From: Centroscyllium fabricii
Lineage: Eukaryota
Assembly: GCA_051313645.2 (NCBI GenBank)
Contig: JBNRSN020000089.1
Location: 3,038,001 to 3,102,000 of the forward strand
Length of the DNA stretch: 64,000 nucleotides
Reading direction: 5' to 3'
This document shows positions 13,001 through 24,600 of this stretch, piece by piece. Under the pieces are notes generated by a model. That model had not been told where the DNA came from and did no database searches. It saw only the letters and a list, made by a program, of their open reading frames with translations. The position numbers and the translations under genes were made by a program. How positions within the stretch are numbered: the stretch's first letter is position 1; each line of letters starts with the position of its first letter.

Positions 13001-16000
13001 CCTATTCCTTCCCTTGCTTTCTGGAGACTGGGATGCTCCTACCCCATCTCTTGCTGACTCTAGACTGGGAAGTCCCTACCTCTTCCCTCGCTGTCCGGAG
13101 ACTGGGATGTCCCTACCCCATGCCTTGCTGTCTCTACACTGGGAGGTCCCTAACTTTTCCATTGCTGTCTGGAGACTAGAATGTCCCTACCCCTTCCCTT
13201 TCTGTCTGGAGGCTGGGATGTTCCTACCGCATACCTTGCTGTCCAGAGACTGGGATGTTCCTGCACCTTCCCTTGCTGTCTGGAGACTGGGATGTCCCTA
13301 CCTCTTCCCTTGCTGTCTGGAGACTGGGATGTTCCTACCTCTTCCCTTGCTGTCTCTAGACGGGGATGTTCCAAACCCATCCCTTGCAGTCCGGAGACTG
13401 GGATGTCCCTACCCATCCCCTGCTCTCTGGAGACTGGGATGTGTCTACCCCATCCCTTGCTGTCTCTAGCCTGGGATGTCCCTACCCCTTCACTTTCTGT
13501 CCGGAGGCTGGGATGTTCCTAACCCATCCCTTGCTGTCCGGAGACTGGGATGTTCCTACCTCTACCCTTGCTGTCTGGAGACTGGGATGTTCCTATCTCT
13601 TCCCTTGCTGTCTGGAGACTGGGAAGTCCCTACCTCATCCCTTGCTGTCTATAGACTTCGATGTTCCTAACCCTTCCCTTGCTGTCTCTAGACTGGAATG
13701 TCCGTACCCCATCCCTTGCTGTCTCTAGACTGGGATGTTCCTACCCCTTCCCTTGCTGTTTGGAGACGGGGATGTTCCTACCCCTTCCCCTGCTGTCTGG
13801 AGACTGGGATGTTCCTACGCCATCTCTTGCTGTCTCTAGACTGCGATGTTCATACCCCTTCCCTTGCTGTCTGTTGACTGGGATGTCCCTACCTAATCCC
13901 TTGCTGTCTATAGACTTCGATGTTCCTAGCCCTTCCCTTGCTGTCTGGAGACTGGGATGATCCTACCACATCCCTTGCTGTCTGGAGACTGGGATGTACC
14001 GTCCCCATCCCTTTCTGTCCAGTGACTGGGATTTTCCTACCCCTTCGCTTGCTGTCCGGAGACTGGGATGACACTACCACTTCCCTTGCTGTCTGGATAC
14101 TGGGATGTACAAACCCCATCCCTTGCTGTCCGAGACTGGGATGTCCCTACTCTTTCCCTTGCTGTCCAGAGACTGGAATATTCCTACCTCTTCCCTTGCT
14201 GTCTGTAGACTGGGATGTCCCTACCCCTTCCCTTGCTGTCCAGAGACTGGCATGTTCCTACCTCTTCCCTTGCTGTCTGGAGACTGGGATGTTCCTACCC
14301 CATCTCTTGCTGTCTCTAGATTGCGATGTTCATACCCCTTCCCTTGCTGTCTGTAGACTGGGATGTCCCTACCTCATCCCTTGCTGTCTCTAGACTGGAA
14401 TGTCCGTACCCCATCCCTTGCTGTCTCTAGACTGGGATGTTCCTAACCCTTCCCTTGCTGTTTGGAGACTGGGATGTTCCTAACCCTTCCCTTGCTGTCT
14501 GGAGACTGGGATGTCCCTACACCATCCCTTGATGTCCAGAGACTGAGATGTTCCTACCCTATCCCTTGCTGTCTGGAGGCTGGGATGTTCCTACCCCTTC
14601 CCTTGCAGTCCAGAGATTGTGATGTCCCTAGCTCTTCCCTTGCTGTCTGGAGACTGGGATGTTCCTGCCTCTTCCCTTGCTGTCCGGAGACTGGGATGTT
14701 CCTACCCCATCCCTTGCTGTCTGGAGACTGGGATGTTCCTACCCCATCCCTTGCTGTCTGGAGTCTGGTATGTTCCTACCCCATCCCTTGCTGTCTGGAG
14801 ACTGGAATGTTCCTACCCCATCCCTTGCTGTCCGGCGACTGGGATGTCCCTACCCCTTCCCTTGCTGTCTCTAGACTCGGATGTTCCTACCCCATCACTT
14901 GCTGTCTGGAGACTGGGATGTTCCTACCTCATCCCTTGATGTCTCTAGACTGGGTTGTCCCTACCCCATCCCTTGCTGTCCGGAGACTGGGATGTTCCTA
15001 ACCCATCCCTTGCTGTCTGGAGACTGGGATGTCCCTACCCCTTCCCTTGCTGTCCAGAGACTGGCATTTTCCTACCTCTTCCCTTGCTGTCTGGAGACTG
15101 GGATGTTCCTACCCCATCCCTTGCTGTCCGGAGACTGGGATGACCCTACCACTTCCCTTGCTGTCTGGAGACTGGGATGTTCCTACCCTATCTCTTGCTG
15201 TCTCTAGTGTGCGATGTTCCTACCCCTTCTCTTGCTGTCTGGAAACTGGGACATCCCTACCTTTTCCCATGCAGTCTCTAGACTGGGATGTCCCTAACTC
15301 ATCACTTGCTGTCTCTAGACTGGGATGTTCCTACCCCTTCACTTCCTGTCTCTAGACTGGGATGTACCTATTCCTTCCCTTGCTTTCTGGAGACTGGGAT
15401 GTTCCTACCCCATCCCTTGCTGTCTCTAGTCTGGGAAGACCCTACCTCTTCCCTTGCTGTCCGGAGACTGGGATGTCCCTAACCCATCCCTTGCTGTCTC
15501 TAGACTGGGAGGTCCCTAACTTTTCCCTTGCTGTCTGGAGACAAGAATGTCCCTACCCCTTCCCTTTCTGTCTGGAGGCTGGGATGTTCCTACCGCATAC
15601 CTTGCTGTCCAGAGACTGGGATGTTTCTACACCTTCCCTTGCTGTCTGGAGACTGGGATGTCCCTACCTCTTCCCTTGCTGTCTGGAGACTGGGATGTTC
15701 CTACCTCTTCCATTGCTGTCTCTAGACTGGGATGTTCCAAACCCATCCCTTGCAGTCCGGAGACTGTGATGTCCCTTCCCATCCCCTGCTCTCTGGAGAC
15801 TGGGATGTGTCTACCCCATCCCTTGCTGTCTCTAGACTGGGATGTCCGTACCCCTTCACTTGCTGTCCGGATGCTGGGATGTTCCTACCCCATCCCTTGC
15901 TGTCCGGAGACTGGGATGTTCCTACCTCTACCCTTGCTGTCTGGAGACTGGGATGTTCCTATCTCTTCCCTTGCTGTCTGGAGACTGGGAAGTCCCTACC

Positions 16001-18321
16001 TCATCCCTTGCTGTCTATAGACTTCGATGTTCCTACCCCTTCCCTTGCTGTCTGGAGACTGGGAAGATCCTACCACATCCCTTGCTGTCTGGAGACTGGG
16101 ATGTACCGTCCCCATCCCTTTCTGTCCAGAGACTGGGATTTTCCTACCTCTTCGCTTGCAGTCTGGAGACTGGGATGACACTACCTCTTCCCTTGCTGTC
16201 TGGATACTGGGATGTACCAACCCCATCCCTTGCTGTCCGGAAACTGGGATGTCCCTACTCTTTCCCTTGCTGTCCAGAGACTGGAATGATCCTACCTCTT
16301 CCCTTGCTGTCTGTAGACTGGGATGTCCCTACCCCTTCCCTTGCTGTCCAGAGACTGGCATGTTCCTACCTCTTCCCTTGCTGTCTGGAGACTGGGATGT
16401 TCCTACCCCATCTTTTGCTGTCTCTAGACTGCGATGTACATACCCCTTCCCTTGCTGTCTGTAGACTGGGATGTCCCTACCTCTTCCCTTGCTGTCTCTA
16501 GACTGGAATGACCGTACCCCATCCCTTGCTGTCTCTGGACTGCGATGTTCTTACCCCTTCCCTTGCTGTTTGGAGACTGGGATGTTCCTAACCCTTCCCT
16601 TGCTGTCTGGAGTCTGGGATGTCCCAACCCCATCCCTTGATGTCCAGAGACTGAGATGTTCCAACCCTCTCCCTTTCTTTTTTGTGGCTGGGATGTTCCT
16701 ACCCCTTCCCTTGCTGTCCAGAGATTGTGATGTCCCTAGCTCTTCCCTTGCTGTCTGGAGACTGGGATGTTCCTGCCTCTTCCCCTGCTGTCCGGAGACT
16801 GGGATGTTCCTACCACATCATTTGCTGTCTGGAGACTGGGATGTTCCTACCCCATCCCTTGCTGTCTGGAGACTGGGATCTCCCTAGCTCTTCCCTTGCT
16901 GTCTGGAGACTGGGATGTTCCTGCCTCTTCCCTTGCTGTCCGGAGACTGGGATGTTCCTACCCCATCTCTTGCTGTCTGGAGACAGGGATGTTCCTATCC
17001 CATCCCTTGCTGTCTGGAGATTGGGATGTCCCTAGCTCTTCCCTTGCTGTCTGGAGACTTGGATGTTCCTGCCTCTTCTCTTGCTGTCCGGAGACTGGGG
17101 TTTTCCTACCCCATCACTTGCTGTCTGGAGTCTGGGATGTTCCTACCCCATCCCTTGCTGTCTGGAGACTGGTATGTTCCTACCCCATCCCTTGCTGTCT
17201 GGAGACTGGAATGTTCCTACCCCATCCCTTGCTGTCCGGCGACTGGGATGTCCCTACCCCTTCACTTGCTGTCTCTAGACTAGGATGTTCCTACCCCATC
17301 CCTTGCTATCTGGAGACTGGGATGTTCCTACCTCATCCCTTGCTGTCTCTAGACTGGGTTGTCCCTACCCCATCCCTTGCTGTCCGGAGACTGGGATGTT
17401 CCTAACCCATCCCTTGCTGTCTGGAGACTGGGATGTCCCTACCCGTTCCCTTGCTGTCCAGAGACTGGCATGTTCCTACATCTTCCCTTGCTGTCTGGAG
17501 ACTGGGATGTTCCTACCCCATCCCTTGCTGTCTCTAGACTGGGATGTTCCTACCCCTTCACTTCCTGTCTCTAGACTGGGATGTTCCTATTCCTTCCCTT
17601 GCTTTCTGGAGACTGGGATGTTCCTACCCCATCTCTTGCTGTCTCTAGTCTGGGAAGTCCCTACCTCTTCCCTTGCTGTCCGGAGACTGAGATGTCCCTA
17701 CCCCATCCCTTGCTGTCTCTAGACTGGGAGGTCCCTAACTTTTACCTTGCTGTCTGTAGACTAGAATGTCCCTACCCCTTCCCTTTCTGTCTGGAGGCTG
17801 GGATGTTCCTACCGCATACCTTGCTGTCCAGAGACTGGGATGTTCCTATACCTTCCCTTGCTGTCTGGAGACTGGGGTGTCCCTACCTCTTCCCTTGCTG
17901 TCTGGAGACTGGGATGTTCCTACCTCTTCCCTTGCTGTCTCTAGACTGGGATGTTCCAAAGCCATCCCTTGCTGTCCCGAGACTGGGATGTCCCTTCCCA
18001 TCCCCTGCTCTCTGGAGACTGGGATGTGTCTACCCCATCCCTTGCTGTCTCTAGACTGGGATGACCCTACCCCTTCACTTGCTGTCCGGAGGCTGGGATG
18101 TTCCTTCCCCATCCCTTGCTGTCCGGAGACTGGGATGTTCCTACCTCTACCCTTGCTGTCTGGAGACTGGGATGTTCCTATTTCTTCCCTTGCTGTCTGG
18201 AGACTGGGAAGTCCCTACCTCATCCCTTGCTGTCTATAGACTTCGATGTTCCTACCCCTTCCCTTGCTGTCTGGAGACTGGGATGATCCTACCACATCCC
18301 TTGCTGTGTGGAGACTGGGAT
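1054..18321. repeat. 37-bp satellite array, left of the LINE insertion
   Basis: Unit GACTGGGATG(TT/TC)CCTACC(CCA/CCT/TCT)TCCCTTGCTGTC(TGG/TCT/CGG/CAG)A is repeated head-to-tail. ORF peptides repeat every 37 aa (111 nt). The first units (~1270-1400) are more degenerate and include a 31-bp monomer near 1269-1299. Confidence 0.98.
5258..15500. repeat. ~5.5-kb tandem duplication of the 37-mer array (~149 monomers)
   Basis: Private variants recur at offset 5511-5512: TACAACATCC 5271/10782, CTTTAATGTCTGAAG 5761/11272, TGCGTACGTC 6081/11592. The offset drops to 5216 (minus 8 x 37) after ~14.7 kb. Confidence 0.85.
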
Positions 18322-18344
18322 ATAAGAACATAAGAACATAAGAA
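18322..18344 (-). repeat. LINE 3' tail, 8-bp unit (TTCTTATG) x ~3
   Basis: Plus strand reads ATAAGAAC ATAAGAAC ATAAGAA. Confidence 0.9.
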
Positions 18345-18347
18345 GTA

Positions 18348-18386
18348 GGAGCAGGAGTAGGCCAATCGGCCCTTCGAGCCTGCTCC
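18348..18386 (-). other. CR1 3'-terminal stem-loop (putative RT recognition element)
   Basis: GGAGCAGG (18348-18355) and CCTGCTCC (18379-18386) form a perfect 8-bp inverted repeat. It encloses a second stem GGCC-AATC-GGCC (18360-18371) next to the tail. Confidence 0.8.
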
Positions 18387-18513
18387 GCCATTCAATAAGA
18401 TCATGGCTGATCTGATCCTAGCCCCAATTTTATTTTTACTCTCTACCCCGCCCCAACCAATGTAATCACCTGGGAGAGATGAAAAACCAGACATGGCCGA
18501 TCTCAACCTAGCC

Positions 18514-18636
18514 TCACGTCCACTTACCAGCCCGTTCAGTATAACCCCTAATTCCCTTTAATTCCAGGAAACTGTCTATCTCAGTTTTAAATTTATTCAA
18601 CGTAGTAGCTTCTACAGCTCTCTGTGGTAGCAAATT
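18514..18636 (-). pseudogene. C-terminal 40 codons + stop of CR1 LINE ORF2 (endonuclease/reverse transcriptase), fragment
   Basis: Hand translation from 18636 to the TGA at 18516-18514 is uninterrupted. There is no start codon because of the 5' truncation, so it is absent from the supplied ORF track. Confidence 0.85.
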
Positions 18637-21600
18637 CGCCCCATCCCTTTCTGTCCAGAGACTGGGATTTTCCTACCCCTCCGATTGCTGTCCGGAGACT
18701 GGGATGACACTACCTCTTTCCTTGCTGTCTGGATACTGGGATGTACCAACCCCATCCCTTGCTGTCCGAGACTGGGATGTCCCTACTCTTTCTCTTGCTG
18801 TCCAGAGACTGGAATATTCCTACCTCTTCCCTTGCTGTCTGTAGACTGGGATGACCCTTACCCTTCCCTTGCTGTCCAGAGACTGGCATGTTCCTACCTC
18901 TTCCCTTGCTGTCTGGAGACTGGGATGTTCCTACCCCATCTCTTGCTGTCTCTAGTCTGCGATGTTCATACCCCTTCCCTTGCTGTCTGTAGACTGGGAT
19001 GTCCCTACCTCTTCCCTTGCTGTCTCTAGACTGGAATGTCCGTACCCCATCACTTGCTGTCTCTAGACTGGGATGTTCCTACCCCTTCCCTTGCTGTTTG
19101 GAGACTGGGATGTTCCTACCCCTTCCCTTGCTGTCTGGAGACTGGGATGTCCCTACCCCATACCTTGATGTCCAGAGACTGGGATGTTCCTACCCTATCC
19201 CTTGCTGTCTGGAGGCTGGGATGTTCCTACCCCTTCCCTTGCTGTCCAGAGATTGTGATGTCCCTAGCTCTTCCCTTGCTGTCTGGAGACTGGGATGTTC
19301 CTGCCTCTTCCCTTGCTGTGCGGAGACTGGCATGTTCCTACCACATCATTTGCTGTCTGGAGACTGGGATGTTCCTACCCCATCCTTTGCTGTCTGGAGA
19401 CTGGGATGTCCCTAGCTCTTCCCTTGCAGTCTGGAGACTGGGATGTTCCTGCCTCTTCCCTTGCTGTCCGGAGACTGGGATGTTCCTACCCAAACTCTTG
19501 CTGTCTAGAGACGGGGATGTTCCTATCCCATCCCTTGCTGTCTGGAGATTGGGATGTCCCTAGCTCTTCCCTTGCTGTCTGGAGACTGGGATGTTCCTGC
19601 CTCTTCCCTTGCTGTCCAGAGACTGGGATGTTCCTACCCCATCCCTTGCTGTCTGGAGACTGGGATGTTCCTACCCCATCCCTTGCTGTCTGGAGACTGG
19701 TATGTTCCTACCCCATCCCTTGCTGTCTGGAGACTGGAATGTTCCTACCCCATCCCTTGCTGTCCGGCGACTGGGATGTCCCTAACCCTTCCCTTGCTGT
19801 CTCTAGACTAGGATGTTCCTACACCATCCCTTGCTGTCTGGAGACTGGGATGTTCCTACCTCATCCCTTGCTGTCTCTAGACTGGGTTGTCCCTACCCCA
19901 TCCCTTGCTGTCCGGAGACTGGGATGTTCCTAACCCATCCCTTGCTGTCTGGAGACTGGGATATCACTACCCCTTCCCTTGCTGTCCAGAGACTGGCATG
20001 TTACTACCTCTTCCCTTGCTGTCTGGAGACTGGGATGTTCCTACCCCATCCCTTGCTGTCCGGAGACTGGGATGTCCCTACCACTTCCCTTGCTGTCTGG
20101 AGACTGGGATGTTCCTACCCCATCTCTTGCTGTCTCTAGAGTGCGATGTTCCTACCCCTTCCCTTGCTGTCTGGAAACTGGTATCTCCCTACCTCTTCCC
20201 TTGCAGTCTCTAGACTGGGATGTCCCTACCCCATCCCTTGCTGTCTCTAGACTGGGATGTTCCTACCCCTTCACTTCCTGTCTCTAGACTGGGATGTTCC
20301 TATTCCTTCCCTTGCTTTCTGGAGACTGGGATGTTCCTACCCCATCCCTTGCTGTCTCTAGTCTGGGAAGACCCTACCTCTTCCCTTGCTGTCCGGAGAC
20401 TGGGATGTCCCTACCCCATCCCTTGCTGTCTCTAGACTGGGAGGTCCCTAACTTTTCCCTTGCTGTCTGGAGACTAGAATGTCCCTACCCCTTCCCTTTC
20501 TGTCTGGAGGCTGGGATGTGCCTACCGCATACCTTGCTGTCCAGAGACTGGGATTATTCTACACCTTCCCTTGCTGTCTGGAGACTGGGATGTCCCTACC
20601 TCTTCCCTTGCTGTCTGGAGACTGGGATGTTCCTACCTCTTCCCTTGCTGTCTCTAGACTGGGATGTTCCAAACCCATACCTTGCAGTGCGGAGATTGTG
20701 ATGTCCCTACCCATCCCCTGCTCTCTGGAGACTGGGATGTGTCTACCCCATCCCTTGCTGTCTCTAGACTGGGATGTCCCTACCCCTTCACTTGCTGTCC
20801 GGAGGCTGGGATGTTCCTACCCCATCCCTTGCTGTCCGGAGACTGGGATGTTCGTACCTCTACCCTTGCTGTCTGGAGACTGGGATGTTCCTATCTCTTC
20901 CCTTGCTGTCTGGAGACTGGGAAGTCCCTACCTCATCCCTTGCTGTCTATTGACTTCGATGTTCCTACCCCTTCCCTTGCTGTCTGGAGACTGGGATGAT
21001 CCTATCACATCCCTTGCTGTCTGGAGACTGGGATGTACCGTCCCCATCCCCTTCTGTCCAGAGACTGGGATTTTCCTACCTCTTCGCTTGCTGTCCGGAG
21101 ACTGGGATGACACTACCTCTTCCCTTGCTGTCTGGATACTGGGATGTACCAACCCCATCCCTTGCTGTCCGGAGTCTGGGATGTCCCTAATCTTTCCCTT
21201 GCTGTCCAGAGACTGGAATGTTCCTACCTCTTCCCTCGCTGTCTGTAGACTGGGATGTCCCTACCCCTTCCCTTGCTGTCCAGAGACTGGCATGTTCCTA
21301 CCTCTTCCCTTGCTGTCTGGAGACTGGGATGTTCCTACCCCAACTTTTGCTGTCTCTAGACTGCGATGTTCATACCCCTTCCCTTGCTGTCTGTAGATTG
21401 GGATGTCCCTACCTCTTCCCTTGCTGTCTCTAGACTGGAATGTCCGTACCCCATCCCTTGCTGTCTCTAGACTGGGATGTTCTTACCCCTTCCCTTGCTG
21501 ATTGGAGACTGGGATGTTCCTACCCCTTCCCTTGCTGTCTGGAGTCTGGGATGTCCCTACCCCATCGCTTGATGTCCAGAGACTGAGATGTTCCAACCCT

Positions 21601-24600
21601 CTCCCTTTCTTTTTTGTGGCTGGGATGTTCCTACCCATTCCCTTGTTGTCCAGAGATTGTGATGTCCCTAGCTCTTCCCTTGCTGTCTGGAGACTGGGAT
21701 GTTCCTGCCTCTTCCCTTGCTGTCCGGAGACTGGGATGTTCCTACCACATCATTTGCTGTCTGGAGACTGGGATGTTCCTACCCCATCCCTTGCTGTCTG
21801 GAGACTGGGATGTCACTAGCTCTTCCCTTGCTGTCTGGAGACTGGGATGTTCCTGCCTCTTCCCTTGCTGACCGGAGACTGGGATGTTCCTACCCCATCT
21901 CTTGCTGTCTGGAGACGGGGATGTTCCTATCCCATCACTTGCTGTCTGGAGATTGGGATGTCCCTAGCTCTTCCCTTGCTGTCTGGAGGCTGGGATGTTC
22001 CTGCCTCTTCTCTTGCTGTCCGGTGACTGGGGATTTCCTACCCCATCACTTGCTGTCTGGAGTCTGGGATGTTCCTACCCCATCCCTTGCTGTCTGGAGA
22101 CTGGTATGTTCCTACCCCATCCCTTGCTGTCTGGAGACTGGAATGTTCCTACCCCATCCCTTGCTGTCCGGCGACTGGGATGTCCCTACCCCTTCACTTG
22201 CTGTCTCTAGACTAGGATGTTCCTACCCAATCCCTTGCTGTCTGGAGACTGGGATGTTCCTACCTCATCCCTTGCTGTCTCTAGACTGGGTTGTCCCTAC
22301 CCCATCCCTTGCTGTCCGGAGACTGGGATGTTCCTAACACATCCCTTGCTGTCTGGAGACTGGGATGTCCCTAACCGTTCCCTTGCTGTCCAGAGACTGG
22401 CATGTTCCTACATCTTCCCTTGCTGCCTGGAGACTGGGATGTTCCTACCCCATCCCTTGCTGTCTCTAGACTGGGATGATCCTACCACTTCACTTCCTGT
22501 CTCTAGACTGGGATGTTCCTATTCCTTCCCTTGCTTTCTGGAGACTGGGATGTTCCTACCCCATCTCTTGCTGTCTCTAGTCTGGGAAGTCCCTACCTCT
22601 TCCCTTGCTGTCCGGAGACTGAGATGTCCCTACCCCATCACTTGCTGTCTCTAGACTGGGAGGTCCCTAACTTTTACCTTGCTGTCTGTAGACTAGAATG
22701 TCCCTACCTCTTCCCTTTCTGTCTGGATGCTGGGATGTTCCTACCGCATACCTTGCTGTCCAGAGACTGGGATGTTCCTTTACCTTCCCTTGCTGTCTGG
22801 AGACTGGGGTGTCCCTACCTCTTCCCTTGCTGTCTGGAGACTGGGATGTTCCTACCTCTTCCCTTGCTGTCTCTAGTCTGGGATGTTCCAAACCCATCCC
22901 TTGCTGTCCGGAGACTGGGAATCCCTTCCCAACCCCTGCTCTCTGGAGACTGGGATGTGTCTACCCCATCCCTTGCTGTCTCTAGACTGGGATGTCCCTA
23001 CCCCTTCACTTGCTGTCCGGAGGCTGGGATGTTCCTACCCCATCCCTTGCTGTCCGGAGACTGGGATGTTCCTACCTCTACCCTTGCTGTCTGGAGACTG
23101 GGATGTTCCTATTTCTTCCCTTGCTGTCTGGAGACTGGGAAGTCCCTACCTCATCCCTTGCTGTCTATAGACTTCGATGTTCCTACCCCTTCCCTTGCTG
23201 TCTGTTGACTGGGATGATCCTACCACAACCCTTGCTGTCTGGAGACTGGGATGTACCGTCCCCATCCCTTTCTGTCCAGAGACTGGGATTTTCCTACCCC
23301 TTCTCTTGCTGTCCGGAGACTGGGATGACACTACCTCTTCCCTTGCTGTCTGGATACTGGGATGTACCAACCCCATCACTTGCTGTCCGAGACTGGGATG
23401 TCCCTACTCTTTCCCTTGCTGTCCAGAGACTGGAATATTCCTACCTCTTCCCTTGCTGTCTGTAGACTGGTATGTCCCTACCCCTTCCCTTGCTGTCCAG
23501 AGACTGGCATTTCCTACCTCTTCACTTGCTGTCTGGAGACTGGGATGTTCCTACCCCATCTCTTGCTGTCTCTAGACTGCGATGTTCATACTGCTTCCCT
23601 TGCTGTCTGTAGAGTGGGATGTCCCTACCTCTTCCCTTGCTGTCTGGAGACTGGTATGTCCCTACGTCTTCTCTTGCAGTCTGGAGACTGGGATGTCCCT
23701 GCCTCTTCCATTGCTGTCCGGAGACTGGGATGTTCCTACCCAATCTCTTGCTGTCTGGAGACGGGGATGTTCCTATCCCATCCCTTGCTGTCTGGAGATT
23801 GGGATGTCCCTAGCTCTACCCTTGCTGTCTGGAGACTGGGATGTTCCTGCCTCTTCCCTTGCTGTCCGGAGACTGGGATGTTCCTACCCCATCCCTTGCT
23901 GTCTGGAGACTGGGATGTTCCTACCCCATCCCTTGCTGTCTGGAGACTGGTATGTTCCTACCCCATCCCTTGCTGTCAGGGGACTGGAATGTTCCTACCC
24001 CATCCCTTGCTGTCCGGCGACTGGGATGTCCCTACCCCTTCATTTGCTGTCTCTAGACTAGGATGTTCCTACCCCATCCCTTGCTGTCTGGAGACTGGGA
24101 TGTTCCTACCTCATCCCTTGCTGTCTCTAGACTGGGTTGTCCCTACCCCATCCCTTGCTGTCCGGAGACTGGGATGTTCCTAACTCATCCCTTGCTGTCT
24201 GGAGACTGGGATGTCCCTACCCCTTCCCTTGCTGTCCTGAGACTGGCATGTTCCTACCTCTTCCCTTGCTGTCTGGAGACTGGGATGTTCCTACCCCATC
24301 CCTTGCTGTCCGGAGTCTGTGATGTCCCTACCACTTCCCTTGCTGTCTGGAGACTGGGATGTTCCTACCCCATCTCTTGCTGTCTCTAGAGTGCGATGTT
24401 CCTTCCCCTTCACTTGCTGTCTGGAAACTGGGATCTCCCTACCTCTTCCCTTGCAGTCTCTAGACTGGGATGTCCCTACCCCATCCCTTGCTGTCTCTAG
24501 ACTGGGATGTTCCTACCCCTTCACTTCCTGTCTCTAGACTGGGATGTTCCTATTCCTTCCCTTGCTTTCTGGAGACTGGGTTGTTCCTACCCCATCCCTT

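Larger units (their letters stand above)
18322..18638 (-). mobile_element. 5'-truncated CR1-clade LINE (ORF2 end + 3' UTR + tail), elasmobranch HER1-like
   Basis: The minus strand encodes NLLPQRAVEATTLNKFKTEIDSFLELKGIRGYTERAGKWT*, matching the CR1 ORF2 C-terminal WNxLP..VEA..L..FK..ID.FL pattern. It is followed by ...AGATCAGCCATGATCTTATTGAATGGCGGAGCAGGCTCGAAGGGCCGATTGGCCTACTCCTGCTCCTACTTCTTATGTTCTTATGTTCTTAT, a hairpin plus 8-bp tandem tail typical of CR1. The subfamily call is from recollection, not a search. Confidence 0.9.

Noticed and set aside
18317-18344. LINE targeting through the ATGTTC match between its tail and the satellite consensus
   Set aside because: The match would predict a plus-orientation insertion, but the element is on the minus strand, and the actual target monomer reads ATGTAC.
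18252-18506. 84-aa minus-strand ORF (MRSAMSGF...NGGAGSKG...)
   Set aside because: It is a chance read-through of the CR1 3' UTR and tail into satellite. The real coding remnant is 18514-18636.
18322-18638. SINE (HE1-type) rather than LINE
   Set aside because: There is no tRNA-like A/B-box head, and the 5' part is ORF2 coding sequence.
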